The notes under the pieces were generated by a model. The model did not search any database and was not told where the DNA came from. It saw only the letters and a program-made list of their open reading frames with translations. A DNA stretch of 63,994 nt, counting the filler, from Streblomastix strix (Eukaryota), in assembly GCA_008636045.1 (NCBI GenBank). It is 4 parts of 4 records of this genome, joined end to end, with 100 filler letters (N's around TTAATTAATTAA, not from the genome) between each part and the next. Parts side by side here need not be neighbours in the genome. Positions count along the whole stretch, not along the records: positions 1 to 16,002 come from SNRW01000886.1; 3 more parts are not named here. One strand, written 5' to 3'. This document shows positions 1 through 13,917 of this stretch, piece after piece. Position 1 is the stretch's first letter. Each line of letters begins with the position of its first letter. Both the position numbers and the translations under genes were made by a program.

Positions 1-488
1 CCAGGTGGTGTTGAAATTTTGGCTTGTAGTTCCAAGAATTTAGCTGCAGCTTCTTTAATTTGCAGTAGAATGGCCTTGTCTTGAATAATAAGAAACTTAA
101 TTCCTTATAGATTGCATCCAGTTGGTGCATATTTAGCAACATCAAGTAATTTCAGTAAAACTGATTCAGGAATTGATTTATCTTCAAAATACCGAATTGA
201 TCTTCTCCCAATCAAGAAAGCAGCAGCATCTTACTCACTGAATGATTTGATACTTTTATCTATTGGCTTCTATGCTGAAAGAGGAGCAAATTTGTTGTCC
301 AGGGCTGCTTTTGGGCAGATGGAAACGCAATGTCCACATCCACAGCATTGGGATTAGTTAATGTCAGCGACTTTAACGGCTACTGGATGGCCATCTTCAA
401 GCTTGATTGTTGCATACGGACAGACACTAGCGCATAGACCACAGCCGATGCAAAGATCCTTGTCAACAGTAATAAGGTCGGCAATCAT
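1..488 (-). CDS. Ferredoxin (2x[4Fe-4S])-nitroreductase fusion protein, 3' end outside window
   Basis: With TAR=Gln: MIADLITVDKDLCIGCGLCASVCP...CCGCGHCVSICP (two CxxCxxCxxxCP motifs), then RRSIRYFEDKSIP...AKYAPTGCNLQ (nitroreductase FMN-binding motifs). No introns in the visible part. Confidence 0.9.
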
Positions 489-504
489 TTTGCTATGTTT
501 AGTT

Positions 505-2908
505 TCAGGAATTAATCTTCTAATCATCTGATTAATGTTCTGATTATTATTTAGTATTGTTGGTTTTAATCAATTCTTATATTTATTTATAAAGATCAAC
601 AATTGAAATCCTCAATGTTGGATATTAAGACAAGTATCTCTCAATTTGATTACCAACTGGTGTGTTATTTATTCCAGATAAATATGGTCTTTATCCATAC
701 ATGATTCGATTTAAAGCATTGAATGCATCAACTTCTCCAAATGGAATCTCTAAAGTAGCAATCTCCAAATAGAATAATACTCAATGAGAATACAACAGAT
801 AATTCATTTGTTATTCCATCGCTCAAATGTAATTATGAACTGAATGTATATAAATTCTCATATAAATCTGATTCTGCTTGTTTCTGATTTTCTTTATTAT
901 TTATTAGTCTATAATCAATTCATAATATATTAATCCCAATTAGAACTCAATCCTTAATATTCAGGAAGTCCCCATCTAACTGACTCATATCCACCTCCTA
1001 ATGATGAATCACCATCATAATCCCATCCTATTAGACTCCATTCTATATTATCTACTTATTATTATTCTGTTTATTAATCAATTTATTCTTCTTATTATTA
1101 TTCTGTTTATTAATCAATTTATTCTTCTTATTATTATTCTGATTATTATTATTATAGTTATTTGTAGGATTATCGAGCCATTTTAGATATTGAGGATGTT
1201 GTTGGATTTGATAGAGATAGTTTTAGAATATTAGGTTAAGTTAATTTAACAGAAGAATCAGATTAATGTGGATTTACAGATTTCCTTAACTTCATTGGAG
1301 GTTAACTTTCTGGTTGTTGAACATGTGATCGTTTATAAGATCCAAATGTTGGATATTTTTATTTATTTTATGAGTTCTCATTAGAATAATTTTTTGATTT
1401 AATTTTCATTCGATTTTCTTTCTTTCTTCGATCGATCTCTTCCCAAATGTATTTATTTGATTCAAATCTACAAATATTCCCCAAGAAAATAACCGGATGG
1501 TCAATAAATGGATCAAACATTATTCAATATGATGAAAATTCTTCAATAAATGGAAGTGCAACATTTGATAATTAGTCATTCAGTGTTTAGTGATTAGGAA
1601 TTGATCTTTATATTAAGTTATTTGAATTATCATTCTATTCAAGTTATGGTGATGGTGATGATGAATATAATGCATTTGAATTCTTCAATTGAAAATTTAA
1701 TCTTTCTTCTTCATTTAAAAGTAAGTATTTCAGTCCAATAATAATATTACTGATTAAAGAACATGGCTTTGTTATAGCTTTCTTCTCAATATGAAGTCTG
1801 TTGAATAGAATATCTAATCCATTCACTTTTATTCTATCAAATGGATGTGATGTTGATAATCCATATGCAACTTGATAGGGTCCTTTGTTAAATTATGATT
1901 TCTTGAAAGATAAAAAATATGTTTTAATCAATTTATTAATTATCTTATTCTTTATTTTATTTATTTTTATTTGTGGAGATATTATTGTTTATAATTTCAT
2001 CTTCAATTTATATCTTTATATGAAAAGATTATGCAAGTTCATCGTCATCACTTTCTGCAGATGTATCTTTTATTTATTATATTTATATTATTGTTGAATT
2101 AAGATCTGATTATGATTATGATTAATTGATTTATTTGGATGAAGATAATTCTTGCTATTGTGATGTGGAATTATCTTTATCTTCATAATTTCCAATATAA
2201 TATTGATTAGATCTTCTATCTTTATCTTTATTTTTAGTTTAATCAGAATCAGAATCTCCACTAAAATATGAAATATCGTCTGCTTATTTAGAATTAATTT
2301 ATTTATTATTAATATTAGCTTCTTTCATTTAGTCCAACAAATGTTTACTTTCTTCCTTATTAATTAGTTTCTTCATATTTTTATCTTATTTAATAAATAA
2401 TGATTATGTTGATGTTGGAGCATAGATCTGTTCATATTATTAGTTTTGATCATAAAGAACATAAGATGGATAAATATATGGATCATCCAATGAATAGATT
2501 ATTTCTTCTTTTCCATCATCAACAATAGGTGCAAATGAAGGAAACAGATACAGATTCAGGAATTGCACCTTGTCTCTCTCATAATTGAATGATCTTAAGA
2601 ATTGAATTATCAATTAGACTTCATATCGATTTAAGATTATATCTGGTTAATAACTATCTCTATTCGCAAACTAAAATCTAATTTTATAAGTTCCTATTTT
2701 CACAATTTATAAATTTTCATCTTAATCTGTTCTATCTTTCTATTATCTTTCTGTTATTTATATAATCCTCATCACATATCTCAATTCGAATTAGCGATGA
2801 ATTTAAGGGATGCAACAGCAGCAACAACAGCAACACTAGCAACATAGACATGCCCATTTCGATTTTGTCTTTGTATACAACCCTGTATCGCTATCTCCAT
2901 CCAATCAT
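505..2908 (-). CDS. Low-complexity protein with hydrophobic N-terminal segment and degenerate C-terminal kinase-like (pseudokinase) domain; frameshift near 765
   Basis: MLLVLLLLLLL segment near 2820-2850; ILFNRLH...IIIGLKYL; VFSLSIILF/EIATLEIPFGEVDAFNALNRIMYGQRP (kinase subdomain IX-X-like, needs a 1-nt shift); TGA at 505-507. Start uncertain. Confidence 0.55.
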
Positions 2909-3412
2909 AAGTCCTTATTGCTCATAAAGCTTCCCGTGTGGAAAAATAGCTTTTCAGATAAAAGAATTCTGTCCTAGCCTTGAACAATGTAGTATGTGGT
3001 TTTAATTTTCATTTATTCTAATTTTAATAAATATGAAAAATAAGAAAAGATGATTAAATAATAAGGATTATTTTATCCTAGAGTGTAATATGCGATTTAT
3101 TTTTGACAATTTTGTTAAAGCGAATAAGTAGCTGAAACGTTTAGTAATGTTAAAAAAATTAAAAAAGTTATTAAATAATAAATAATAAATTTTAAATTAA
3201 TATCAAATGCTAAAATTAGAGCTACATAAACAGAGTAATTTGCAAGTTTTTTTTTTTTTTTTTTTTTATAGTTTTATTCATTAGGTTGATGATTAGCTTA
3301 TTTTGTAAATTTTTATTAATTATTTTTAATATGGAGAAAATGATCAAAATTATAATCTATATTTCATAAAATATTTTTATAAATTCAAATCACTTTTATT
3401 GGACTAATTTCA

Positions 3413-6400
3413 ATGGATTTTCAAAATATTCTTTTAAAATTTGAATTTATTGTTTGAATTTATTTCCTTTTTTATATTCAATTAATAATTTATTAATTTT
3501 CTCGCTTGGAATAATTAATTTCTTATTTTAATCTCAGCCTATCCGCATTTTAGGTATTATTTTGTTTAATATTTTATTAAATTTTTGCTTTTATTTTATT
3601 TATAGGTGAAGGTTCTTTTGGCAGGTGAGACTTTATGATTTTTTTCACAAAATTAATTTTTTTTTTATATTTATTTTTTATTTTGTTTTAGAGTATATGA
3701 AGCATATTCTCTTGAAGATGGAATTGTTGCTGTGAAAATTTTTCAATAAGAAAAATATGATGAAAGAGAAATTAATATTGGAATAGAAATTTTAAGGTTT
3801 AAATCATTTTTTTTTTATTATTTATTTTTATCTATTTATTTTTATTAGTTCACAAAAATAGAATTTGTTTTTGCTGAAATAATTTAAATATAATAATTGG
3901 GAGAAATGTCCTTTCTTAGTGATGGAATATGCCAATATGAAGGTAATAATTTTCATATTTATATTTTATAATTTTTTTTTTTTCATTTTTATTTTATATC
4001 AGACATTGGATATTATTGCAAAATAACGGCAAATTTCTCTTCCATCATGCACACTCCGAGCTTTGATGAAATAAATACGTTTGAGTATAATTTTAATTAA
4101 TTCTTAATAAATTTTCAATTCTTTTAATAAAAAGTTGAAGGAATGAGAGCATTTCATTCTGCTGATTTTGTCCATAGGTTTTTTTTTAATTTATATTAAT
4201 TGTGAGTTTTTATTCTTATCTTATTCAAATATAGAGATATCAAATGTGACAACATCCTACTTCACAGTCCACCTGGATCTGGACGAGTTTATGCCAAGAT
4301 TTCAGATTTTGGATTTGCAAAGAAAGTTGATTTAATAAATGAATAAACTTATTTCGCTGGGTTTAAACAAATTTCATTCATTTAAATATTTTAATCTTTT
4401 TTATAATTTTAGGACACTTCCTTTCATGGTATTAATAACAAAAATTATTTTTCCAAATATTATTTTTTCAATTTCTTTTAGTCACCAGAACAATTCCATG
4501 AGAATCCCATTATAACTCAGAAAGTAGATATTTATGCTCTTGGAATCACATTTTACAAACTTATTACTCATAAATATCCTGTGAATGAAAGAAATATCAA
4601 AGAATAAGGAAAGTATGAATTCAATTTATTTCAAATTACATTATTATTTATAAAATTATTATAGGAAGATGTCCAAATTGAAATTTATAAATAGGCCATC
4701 ATAAATAAAAGATAATCTTCTCTGGGACCTTCTTTAAAAATTATTGGAGTTTGATCCAAATAAAAGAATTTCTGCTGCTTAAGCACTTTAACATCAATAT
4801 TTCACATCACTTGAAGCAATTGCTGATGTTTCAAAGGAATAACAAAATTTAGCTTCAGTAGCATTTGTAGAAAAAGATGATGGGGATTCAAACATCACTG
4901 AATTTGATACAGATCCAACTTTTATTGTTTCTGAAACAATGATAAAATAATTCATTCTTGAAGAAATTAATCAAAATTAAAAATAAATTAAAATTGAAAA
5001 TGAAAAATAATAGAATGAAGAAGAAAATAAAGAAACTAATTATGGAGAAGAAGTATTTAATACAGTTCATGAATTACAATTAAATAAAATTGAAATTGAA
5101 AAAGAAGCTATTGAAGATTTAAATGATGAATAAATGGTGAAACTTGCTTTACAACTTTCTCTTCTACCCGATGAAGAAAATAGGAATATTTAACATAACA
5201 CATAATAATAATAATATGAAAATCCATATGAATTAACTTCGATTCAATCATCTGTTCATTAATAATTATCAAATTCTCCTTCTAATCCATATAAATCAAT
5301 TTATTAACAAAACAAATCATAAATTCTTACAAAATCATAACTTAATTAATTTATTAAATAAAGTTAAGCTTCATTATCATATATAGCAACAGAAGAATAA
5401 TTATAAACTGAGAGAGATTTACTTGAAATAAATATGCCATTGGATGAAATCAAAGAGAAATTTAAGAAATTTAATAAATTATCTAATCTTTATCGTAATG
5501 TTATTCTAATGAATCTTATCAAACTTCTGAAAGATAATAAAGAAAATTATATCAAAGCAAAATAAGTTGGAATAATTGATATTCTTCTGAATATAATTAA
5601 TTCTTTTTCACTATATATTATAAATCCATTATTCTACAAACCAATAATTGAATGTCTTGATTTAGATTCAACATTTGGAATTAATATTTAAACAAGAGAA
5701 AAATTATTGATATTTATTAAAAGAATATTAGAATGTGATAATGAAATATAATTAAGAAATCATTTATATTAATTAAGTATGATTATTACTAGAGTTATTT
5801 CAAATGATCTCAAATAAAATCATCATCCAAATTTAAGAAAAGAAATGGAGAGAAATGGATCATTAACAAAACTTATTCAAATCTTCCACAATGATAAATA
5901 TAAAGAGAAAGAAATTAACAATTCGGCAGCAATTATTATTGGAAATTTATATTTAAATGCACCTTTCCCATCTGAAACTGCATTTAATGTATTAAATCAT
6001 CTCAAAAATTCTTCGTTTGATGATAATTTTATAATCTCCCGTAATTCATTTAATACTTTAGGAAATCTTGCAGAAAGTCAATAAAATCATGAATTGATAC
6101 TTTCAAATGATTATCTAAAGAAAATAAATAATTTTCTCAGATTTCAATGAAAAGATTAATATTATGAAGCTGCAGTCTTTTTTCTATACACTTAATTTAA
6201 ATATGGAACTGATGAAACAAAAGATCTAATAACGAAAGAAATAACATTTAATAGAATATATGATTTACATAAACTTGAAGATGAATATCTTGCTTATTAT
6301 GCCAAAAAATTATATTATATAACTATTGAATATAATAGAAGTTAAATTAATAAGTTTGAAAAATAATTTTATAAGATTAATGAATCAAAAATGAAATCAA

Positions 6401-9400
6401 TTAAAAAAGAAGGAGTAGGGAAGAGTTCATAAGAAAGAATGAAAATTATTGAATAAGGAGAATTGAAAGAGATTTGTAAAGTTATTCATTCATCATTAGA
6501 AGGAGAAATTAATTGGAATAAATAATATCTTATTCTACTTGGATGTGAAGTTGCATCTATTCTTCTAAAGAATAATAAAGAATCATTTCGATTTGCAATT
6601 GAAATTGGAGGAATTATTGATGAAATTATTTCTCTTCTAAAAATATTTCCAATTGAAAATATTAATTAAATACATTTAACTCTTCTATTTAATATTGTTG
6701 ATTAAATTAATTTTGAATAAAGAAAGATTCTTATTGAAAAAGGAATTCTGAAAGTAATGAATAAAACATTGAATAGTTAAGATGAATTAGTTTTATATTA
6801 TTCAACATTTATATTCATGAAAATAATTTATGGAATTGGTTCATTGGAAGGAGAAGGAAAACCAAATCCATTTCTTAAAGAGATGGAGAAAGATGGAACA
6901 TTAACAAAACTAATTGAAATCTTCAGAAACGATAAATATAAAGATAAATATTTTAATACTTAAGCTGCATTATCAATTGGATGTTTATTCAAAGCAATGT
7001 CAATTCCTTCTGAAATTGGATCTTAAATTATTAATTATCTCAAAGATTTTATTATTAATAACCTAAATTCAATTAATACATCCTACTCAATTATCACACT
7101 TTGTTATCTTGCTGAATGTGAATGTATGAATATAAATTAAATTTAATTTTTTAATATTTATTAAAAATTTTTTTTTGAATTATTTTTAATTTAATATTGA
7201 ATAGAAAACCATGAAATTATTCTTAGAAGAGAATTCTTCATTAAATTAAACGAATTAATAAATGATGAATAGAGATAAGAAAATTATGCTATTATTCTTT
7301 AGCTTTTAATAAAATTATTCAAATATGGAAATCAAGAAACAAAATCATAAATTAAAAAAATAATAAATATTAATAGATTTGAAGAATTAACTCATTATAA
7401 AATTAAAGAAACTATTAAAAATTCATTTGAATTTTTGAAATTAATTGAAATTGAATAAATGAATGAAGACGAAAAATAAAATTATAATAATAATGAATCA
7501 AGAATGAAATCAATTGAGAAAGAAGGAGAAGGGAAGAGTTCAGAAGAAAGAATGAAGATTATTGAATAAGGAAGATTGAAAGAGATTTGTGAAGTTATTC
7601 ATTCATCATTAGAAGGAGAAATGAATTGGAATAAATAATATCTTATTTTTCTTGGATGTGAAGCTGCATCTATTCTTCTTAAAAAGAATAATGAATCATT
7701 TCCATATGTAATTAAATATGGAGGAATTATTGATGAAATTATTTCTCTTCTCAACAAACTTCAAATTGAAAATATTAATTATATACATTTAACTCCTCTA
7801 TTTAATATAGTTAATATAAGTAATTTTGAATAAAGAAAGATTCATGTTGAAAAATAAGTTGTGAAAGTATTGATTAAAACATTAGATAGTATAAATGAAT
7901 TTGTTTTAGATAATTCAACATGTATATTAATGTTAATATTTTATGGAATTGGTTCATTGGAAGGAGAAGGAAAACCAAATCCACTTCTTAAAGAGATGGA
8001 GAAAGATGGAACATTAACAAAACTAATTGAAATCTTCAGAAATAATCAGTATAATAATAAAGATATTAATACATACGCAGCTTGTTCAATTGGATATTTA
8101 ATCAAAGCAAATCAAATTCCTTCTGAAATTGGATCTTTTATTATTATCCATCTCAAAAATATTATTATAAATACTAATTCAATTCTAACATCCTACTCAC
8201 TTCTTGCACTTTGTTGTCTTGCTGAATGCGAATGTGTGTAAATAATTATATTTTTTTGTTAATTATCTATTTTATTTTAATTTAATTTTTAATATTGAAT
8301 AGAAAACCAAGAAATTGTTCTTATTGAAAAAAATTTTATTTAACTAAATGAATTTTTGAATGATCAGTAGTATAAAAAATATTATGATGATATTCTTTCA
8401 TTCTTAATTTAATTATTCAAATATGGAAACTAAGAAACAAAATCAAATATAATTAAATCAATAAATTAAAACAGAATTTAATAGTTATAATATAATTGAA
8501 ATAATAAAATATCATCTAATTCAATTGAATTTTTGAAATTAATTGAAATTGAATAGTTGAAATTAATTGAAATTGAATAGTTGAAATTAATTGAAATTGA
8601 ATATATGAACGAAGAAGAAAAATAATAGTCAAATAATAATGAATCAAGAATGAAATCAATTACAAAAGAAGGAGAAGAGATGAGTTCAGAAGAAAGAATG
8701 AAGATAATTGAATAAGGAAGATTGAAAGAGATTTGTAAAGTTATTCATTCATCATTAGAAGGAGAAATGAATTAAAAAAAATAATATCTAATTCTTCTTG
8801 GATGTGAAGCTGCATCTATTCTTCTTGAAGATAATAAAGAATCATTTCGATTTGCAATCGAAAGCGGTGGAATTATTGATTAAATTATTTCTCTTCTCAA
8901 TAAACTTCCAATTGAAAATATTATTAAATTTCATCTTCTTCCTATTTTTTATCTTGTAGATTCAAGTAATTCTGAATAAAGAAAGATTCTTGCAGAAAAA
9001 GGATTTCTGAAAGTAATGATTAAAATATTAGATAGTGAAGATGAATTAGTTTTAGATTATTCAACATTTATATTAATGAAAATAATTTATGGAGTTGGAG
9101 AATTAGAAGGAGAAGGAAAACCTAATCCACTTCTTAAAGAAATGGAGAAAGATGAAACATTAACAAAACTAATTGAAATCTTCAGAAATGATAAATATAA
9201 AGATAAAAATATTAATACACAAGCTGCATGTTCATTTGGATATTTATTTTAAACAACTTAAATTCCTTCTGAAATTGGATCCTAAATTATTATCCATCTC
9301 AAATATATTATTATTAATACTAATTCAATTCTAACATCCTACTCACATCTTGCACTTTGTTGTCTTGCTGAATGCGAATGTATACAAATAATTATATTTT

Positions 9401-11583
9401 ATTGTTAATTATCTATTTTATTTTAATTTAATTTTTAATATTGAATAGAAAACCATCATCTTATTCTATCAGATGAATTCCTTCAAAAACTCAATGAATT
9501 TTTGAATGATGACAAGAAAGAATAATGTTATGAATAAATTCTTTAACTTATTATTAAATTATTCAAATATGGAAATAATGAAACAAAAATTAATATATAA
9601 AATTAAATTTCATTAAATAAATTAATTCAACTTTCAACAAATGATAATAAAGAAATTTCAAACAAAACTGTTGAACTTCTAAAATTGTTTGATGAGAATA
9701 AGAATAAAATTAATCAATAATTAACAGAAGCATTTTCAAAAATAAATATTGATTAATAAAAAGAAATAGAAAAAGAGGAATTGCCTGAAGATTAAATGAT
9801 GCAAATTGCTTTATTAATTTTAAATGAAAGTAAAGAAATTGATAGAAAAGAAGAAAATGAAGAAATATTAACAAATTAAAAGAATCAAAATGAGCAGAAT
9901 TAATAAGAGAAAGAAATAATTGAAAAAAATGAATTAGAATTGAATGATGATTAAATGTTATAATTTGCAAAATAAGAATCTTTGAGAGAAAAAGAGTGAG
10001 AATAAGAAAAATAGTTAGAATAATAATAACAGAAAGAATAAGAAAAAGAATAATAGAAAGTTTAAGAGAAATAAAAAAAGAAAGCATAAAATAAAGAATT
10101 AAAATAATAATAACAGAAATAATAAGAGAAATAATAAAAGAAAACAAAAGAATAAGAGAAAAAATAAAAGAAATAATAAGATAAAGAAGAATATTTAAAT
10201 GAAACTCCAGTTGAATGTGAAATATGTCATAAATATTTCCCTTTCTTTCTTTATAACCAACATATTCAATCTCATTAGAATTAATAATAATTCAACATTA
10301 ATTAATTGAGTAATATGCGTAATAATAAATAATAATAATAATAATAGAAAGAGAATAAATAATAAATGTAAGAAAAAGAAATTATTAAAGAAAAAGAATA
10401 ATATTTAGATGATGTAGAAAAGATGGATTATGTATTAAAACTTCAATATTAATAAAAAAATTATAAATATTATCTTGAACGTGAAAACACTTAGAATCAA
10501 TCAATTTAAAATGAGGATATCTAAAAAGAAGATAATAAAATAGATGATTAAAGTATTAAAATAGAGTTTGATTAAATATATGATCCTATTAAAAATATTG
10601 AAGAAATGAATGATGATGAAATTTTACAATATGCATTATAATAATCTTTATAAGAAGATGATAAAAAGTTAGATTATTAAGAAATTTAAATTGAATAATC
10701 AAATTCGTTTGATAGTTTTATGTAGGATAAATAAGAAAACAAATAACAGAATGAATAAAATTAAGAATAAGAATAAAAGAAAGAATAAAAGAAAGAATAA
10801 GAACAATAAAAAAAATAAGAATAATAGAAAGAATAAGAATATTAGACAGAATAAGAATAAATTAAAGAATAATAGAAAGAATAAGAGAAAGGATAAGAAT
10901 AAAAGAAAAACTAAGAATAAGAACAAGAATTACAGAAAGAATTAGAAAAAGAATATGAAAAAGAATAAGAAAAAGAGAAAAAATAAGTGAAAGATTAAAA
11001 GAAAGAATAAGAGAAAGAAAAATATTAAGAATAAGAATAAGAGAAAGAATAAGAGAAAGAATAAAACAATGAATATAAATAAAAGAAAGAATAAGAATAA
11101 AAGAAAGAATAAGAAATAAAGAATGAATAAGAAAAAGAATCTAAATATTAGAAATAATAAGAGAAAGAATATAACAAAAATTAAGTGAAAGAATAAAATT
11201 AAGAAAAAGAAATAGATTTTGAGAAAGATCAAGTGAAAATAGAAAAGAAAGAATAAGAAAAAGATTAAGAGATAGAATAAGAATAAGAGAAAGAATAAGA
11301 AAAAGAATAAGAGAAAGAATAAGAAAAAGAATAAGAGAAAGAATAAGAAATAGATTTAGAAAAAGAATAAGAAATAAAGATAGAATAAGAAAAAGAATAA
11401 AAGAAAGAATAATAGAAAGAATTACAGAATGAATTAGATAAAAAATAAGATAAAGGATTAAAACAAGAATAAAAATAAGAATAAGAAAAAGAATAATTGA
11501 AAAAATATGAGAATGAATAATAGAAAGAATAAAAGATAGAAAAAAAGAAAGAATAAGAACACGAATTTGATGAATAAAAATGA
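3413..11583 (+). CDS. Multi-exon Ser/Thr protein kinase with UIM-like motifs, ARM/HEAT-like tandem repeats, a zinc finger and an E/Q/K-rich coiled-coil tail
   Basis: Spliced translation: GEGSFGRV, VAVK, HRDIKCDNILL, KISDFG, TLPFMSPE, DIYALG, FDPNKRISA (3413-4810), followed by long open exons under TAR=Gln. Probable frameshift near 9700-9760; 3' end approximate. Confidence 0.8.
6379..9700 (+). repeat. Three tandem ~1.1-kb intragenic repeat units encoding ARM-like helical repeats, each with an intron at the same position
   Basis: Units start AATGAATCAA(A/G)AATGAAATCAATT at ~6379, ~7492 and ~8638. Shared peptide LEGEGKPNPxLKEMEKDxTLTKLIEIFRN. Introns at 7124-7204, 8234-8302 and 9380-9448. Confidence 0.9.
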
Positions 11584-12356
11584 ATATAGAAAGAACATCC
11601 TTGATATTAGAAGGATTCCGAATCTAAATAATGAAGAATGATTAAGATATAACTTGAAAGAGTGCTTTTATTCGAACTCAATGAGTGTTTTACATTTGTT
11701 AATTTATAGCGGTTTATTCAAATCATTTTAATTTCATAGTAATTATTTGTGACAAATTCTTAATAATAAAAAATACAAAAGAATATTAATCCAATATTAT
11801 TTATTCTATGCTTAAATCTGAATATGAACTCTAATTTAAAAATATCAAATAATTTTGTCTTAATTTATTTATAAGCAGAAATAATCAACATTCTTCAACT
11901 TCACATTCGTCGCTTTTTCGCTTTATACTCCCCATACTATTACTTATTAGATCATCATCTTTTTTATTCTTATAATCATCATCTTATTTCTATTCTTGAT
12001 CCTCTTCTTCTTCTTCTTAATCTTCTTCATCTTATTCTATTATATATTCATCTTAATAAATAGTATAAATATAAACGAAATTTATCCAAAAACACATATA
12101 AAATATTTTTCTTAAGTAAATCAAATGAATTTTCTCATTTTTATAAACAAAATAACATTAAACTTCATAGTTTGTCAAAATAATTTTAATTTAATAGTAA
12201 ATATATATATTTAAATTTATTATTAATATATATATTTATTATCAAACAAAACTAATTAATTTTTTCAATCATAAAAGACAAATTATGGATTTATTTGTAG
12301 TTATCTCCATAGTAGACTCTTGCTTCACCTCTTTATTTTGAGTATACATCGCAAAA

Positions 12357-12411
12357 AACGCCTACCAAACTCAGGCACCGCCTTATGACCGCCTAAGCGG
12401 TTAGGCGGTCA
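12357..12411. repeat. GC-rich perfect hairpin plus repeated ACCGCCT motif
   Basis: TGACCGCCTAA-GCGG-TTAGGCGGTCA (12386-12411); further (A)CGCCT/ACCGCCT copies at ~12358 and 12377 in otherwise very AT-rich DNA. Confidence 0.85.
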
Positions 12412-13917
12412 CTTGCGCGTGTTATTTCTATCTAACGAATTATAAAATATAGATAATTTTTTATAGCTATGTAGATTTTAGAGTCATTTATATTATATAT
12501 ATTTCAATATAAGTGAAGTTAATACGTGAAGTGAGAAACACACTTGTTTTCAAATGTTGTAAGTTCATGCTACATATGTAAGGGGCTTTGAATTAAGCTT
12601 TTTATTTTTGATGAAAAGAGTAAACATCATGATTTGCATATATTTCTACACTTTATTATAACTATTAACTAAGTTAGAAATATATATTTCTTTTTTTTCT
12701 TTAATTCTTATCCATTTTTGTAAGAAGTTATTTGTGATAATATTTTCAAATAGTTCAAATGCGATATTATAAAAAAGTAGATATAAAATATATAGTTAAA
12801 ATTTAAATTAAAATATCATACTTATTTATGACTTTTGCCATTAATGATGCAAAAAAAGACGCTTAATAAACGAGTGTAATTTTCCCCGTTTTCCTATTTA
12901 CTGATTTAAAATATTAATAATGAAAATTAAATTATAAAAGAATGTCTCAAACTATGATAAATAGCGCAAAATTGCATTTTTTGACTTTTTATAAAGTTTT
13001 CCTTCCTAGAGCTTAGCTGCAAAATTTTGGAAAAAATTAATAAAATAAACAAATTAATAATAATAGTTATATAAATTTAAAATATATCAGATATCAAATT
13101 CATTAATGTATGCAAAGAGCAGCAAGAAATTAGGAAAAACTTTGATTAAATGATGAAATTAGAGTCTTTCTACTGGTTATATAAGAAATATTGATCAAAA
13201 ATTTTGTATAAATGTAAATAGGTACATAGTAATATAATTATTAGTGTAGTGCGACTAGAATAAAGCATTTGCTAGTTTGTGTATTTAAATAGTACCTAAC
13301 CAACAATAAAATGATTTTAGCAAAAATTAATACAAAATCGATAAGTTTGAAAAAGGTTTATTTTACTTAGAAAATGTATTTTTCTCAAAATAAAATTATA
13401 AAAGTTAGTTTTGATGTAATCAATTAATTCAAATCGAAATTTATTATATTTTTGTAGTTGTTAAGTAATACTATTAAATATAATTCATTATAAATATAGT
13501 TATTCTTTACTAATGAGTCATAAATATTATTTTTATTTTGAAATTATTAATTATTTTATTGAAGTTTCACGAATATTTATTTAATTATAAATATAAATAA
13601 CATTAATAAACTTGCGTTTTCAACAATATTTTAATATTTTTAAGATTTTTTAAAATAATCCAATTAATTATTAATTATTAATTAAAAAAATGTTTAATTT
13701 ATTTTTCTCGTTTTGCCAATAATTTAAATTTAAAATTCATAAATGTTTATATCTAGCTTTATTGATTAAATTTATTAATTATTACATTAGAAAATTAGGT
13801 GCATGGAAAAATAAACGAAACGAAAAAAAATTGTATAAAATTTTTAATTTTTTATAAAATTTTCTATATTTTTCTTATAATCTTAGACGTAGGAAAGATT
13901 TTCCTTTCTAAACGATT

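Noticed and set aside
9710..11232. Minus-strand F/L-rich 'membrane protein' ORFs in the track
   Set aside because: Antisense shadows of the GAA/TAA/AAA-rich (E/Q/K) coding tail of the kinase gene.
10740..11560. GAATAAGA(A/G)AAA array as satellite or CRISPR
   Set aside because: Coding EQEK repeat under TAR=Gln; no repeat-spacer structure and no cas genes.
11880..12060. Acidic minus-strand frame (EEDQEEEEEDQE...EVEEC)
   Set aside because: No start, upstream exon or domain found; at most an orphan fragment.
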